Positions 37,404 through 40,176 of a DNA stretch of 40,176 nt are shown here, piece by piece. Each line of letters opens with the position of its first letter. Positions within the stretch are counted from its first letter, which is position 1. The notes beneath the pieces were generated by a model that saw only the letters and a program-made list of their open reading frames with translations, made no database searches and was not told where the DNA came from. Where the stretch lies: NCBI RefSeq assembly GCF_001194135.2, contig NC_068983.1:127939218-127979393 (forward strand). The letters are read 5' to 3'. The position numbers were made by a program, and so were the translations under genes. The stretch is from Octopus bimaculoides. Taxonomy: Eukaryota.

Positions 37404-39719
37404 TACAGTTTCAAAATACTAATTTGAGCATTGGGAGAAGAATGAAAAAAGATAGTTGATACGGTAATATTGAGGTAACTAATTATACGTATTATCTAAT
37501 CTATTCTGTTGAAGAGGCAAGAATGAAGCATTCAAAAATAAACAATGAACGGGAAACCATATTTCTAGGAATATATTTAAAATAATTAAAAAATTACCTA
37601 CTGATTAAAGTCTCGTTTCTTCTTATATGTAATTTTGGACTGATGAATACTACTGAGATCAAGACTACAGAGTAATGAAAACAAACTTCAGTAGTATTAA
37701 ATAATGAATTGAGAGAAAAAAAACGCTGTACCGTCTTTTTATCATGGCTGGTTTAGCATGAAAATTTAATTTTAGCTGTACAATGTTAATTCTTTCCGAG
37801 AATAATTTACCTAAACAATGTATTTAAAAAAATAGATATGTTAAGTGTTCACTACGAAATCATCATAAGGAAACAATCAATTAACATATTTCCGGCTATT
37901 TGGAACACAAAAGCAATAATGCAATATGTCTAATATACATGACAGAATATGGAACTACATATATTAGTTACTATGTGACCTTGTGCCTGATATATTCGGC
38001 GGTAGTTGAATTAAGCATATGAATGTGGACGAATGGCATACACCGTTGCATCAGTAATGAGCTATCTAGCACTACACTGTCTGTGTTTTCACATATTAGT
38101 AAAGTATCATTTCTAACAGTAATAGAGCTCCGCAACTTTTGAAGCAGAGAATTCTTTTTACAGGTGACCACACTACAGAACTTCTATACATTTCATACAA
38201 AGGAAAAAAATCATGAAATCCGAAGTCTGACAGCAAAGATACTATATACACATTCATCATCTTTTCTCTACCAGTCCTGTTGATGGTGTCAATGATGTCA
38301 CTGCGACTCATGAGTGTAGACACGCTCCATGATATGCTCTATTGACAGCATCCACAATACATGATTAATATCATTTTGGTGAGTCGGAAACGAGCTTTGA
38401 AGAAACAGAGTATACAGAGATGCAATCCTTTTCATTTTGCACGGTGTTAAAGGCACGAACATCTATATGATTTTTTCGTAATTCCGAAATTTGTACCATT
38501 TAGTTTGTAGCTGCAAATTGAAAATAGCGGATTCAAAGATTTAGGAAACAGAATTTGTTGCAAATACATCATTTTAAATTATTTTCCTGTTGTCATCATA
38601 TAAAAGGCGTTGTTCTGTAACGAAAATACATGACAATAATTAAATGTCATGGCCTTTACATAAATTACATTTTCATGAAGAAATGTTAGCGAGTCTACAT
38701 TTATGGTGTCACCATTTGAGATATGTGGGTGTTTGTACTGACGTTTCCCTGACTCAGAGTTCAGGTTTTAACATCTGTTTCTAGGAATTCCCTCACAAAA
38801 AACGCATTTCGAAACAAAATTAAAGTTCAGAACATCACATTTTTCTAGTTCGAAACTGCATGACACCTGAACCAATGGAAAATATATCAATATTCTCGCA
38901 ACAATTCAGCTGAGTTTATATAGAACTAGAGACTGGAAGATTGAACATTGCAAACACTATCAATAAGTTTTAACAGGTAGAAAATGATGTACTTTGAAAT
39001 TGTAACTTTTATCCACTCTCTAGAAGACATTTACCTATATCATAAACAAAGCTCAAATAAAAGAAGCAAAAAATGACTATGGCGTGGGTATTTCAGATAC
39101 GGCCGTGGTGATATTCAAATGAGTTTCAGCGGGCCTAATTATATTACTGTTCGAATGCTTTAGTTTGAGCTTCTTTTTTATCGTATTTGTACTACATAGG
39201 AGTATATAATTTCTGAGTAACCAATGCCCTATTCACAGTTCATTATGAAAACACGGAAAGATGAACATGTCGTAAATATAAGAACATACCACAAATTCGA
39301 AAAGTTCATGGAACTCCTTACCAAAACTAACATATACACTATAAAATGTATACCGCATAACATTAACAGAACAAACAACCAAATGAATATATGAACAATT
39401 AGAAATTTTACACTACAGGCACTTCACTCGAAATCAAAGCGACCACGAAAGCAACCACCAAAATAAGCAAGGGGCTATGCAAAAACACTAATATAAACAT
39501 CGAAATAGATAGTCCGAACAATGATTTCGGACAGTAAATAGTGTGAATTTAAGGTCAACCGCAAAAGCATACAGACTCATGGCATTTTAGCTTCAATAAA
39601 CACTTTCCCCACAGCAAACACTAACAGACAACCAACTCCTCGCAGTTCGTTTCGAAAATAGCCGGATGTAGAAATCCTGGTGAAGCTGCTCCGAAAATCA
39701 TGCCAGTTTTAAGTGCAGT

Positions 39720-40176
39720 TGCCCGTATTCAGTGCAGTGGAAACACGTATTCAGAGTATTGCGAGGAGCTGATTGTGATACTGATCACAAAATGGTTAGG
39801 GCTAAGTTCAAATTCAGGGTTCGTACAAGAAAGCGCAGTGCAGGTGTGCGAGTCCCCTCAAAAATTGATGTAGGACAACTTAAACAGTCACAGGTCTCAC
39901 AGCTATTTCGGGATAGATGCAGTAATATTTATTTTGAAGGTTCATGGCAATCTTTTCGAGAAGGATTATATAAGACGGGAGTGGATGTGCTTCGTTTTAA
40001 GAGGACACAACATAGAGATTGGTTTGACTCCAATGATGCAATGGTAAATGAGCTACTGGCAACAAAGAGGTCTACTTATGAAAAACCTCTTAACCCAAAC
40101 ATTAAGGGCAAAGAAAAACTAGAAAAGGTATACAGAGCGCAGAAAGCAGAACTGCAAAAGGAATTAAGGAGGCTCA
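39720..40176 (+). mobile_element. RTE-clade LINE ORF (end of APE endonuclease and linker), continuing beyond the window
   Basis: Open frame RVLRGADCDTDHKMVRAKFKF..VLRFKRTQHRDWFDSNDAMVNELLATK..ELRRL matches RTE motifs (RGADC.TDH..V and R.H.DWFDEND.EI..LL). Confidence 0.87.

Noticed and set aside
39230-39660. A/C-rich stretch with hairpin gtccgaa-caatgat-ttcggac, possible LINE ORF1 relic
   Set aside because: Multiple stops and no diagnostic motif; cannot be assigned.
1-40176. CRISPR arrays, operons, rRNA or prokaryotic defence systems
   Set aside because: No regularly spaced repeat-spacer units or bacterial-style gene density; the sequence is eukaryotic.

Overview
AT-rich eukaryotic genomic DNA from a gapped draft assembly (10 N-runs, about 4 kb in total), dense in (AT)n/(GT)n/(GA)n/(AGAT)n microsatellites. 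The SINE families and repeat mix resemble a coleoid cephalopod, probably Octopus (inferred from recalled repeat consensus, not a database search). No complete protein-coding gene can be called, and most ORFs in the supplied track are microsatellite or N-gap artefacts. The well-supported content is transposable-element remains: a Helitron Pif1-helicase relic with its 3' hairpin, three mariner relics (one near full length with both TIRs, one 224-bp internally deleted copy, one fragment), Penelope-like retroelements (RT-thumb plus GIY-YIG), an RTE LINE running off the window end, a CR1/L2-like LINE 3' end and two tRNA-derived SINE families. Weaker signals are a degenerate hammerhead-like motif, a cluster of hairpins, a CpG-rich block with a TGA-interrupted 161-codon frame, and several splice-site-bounded candidate exons. 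There are no CRISPR arrays, rRNA or intact tRNA genes. I found no well-supported novel system; the more speculative leads are flagged as such.
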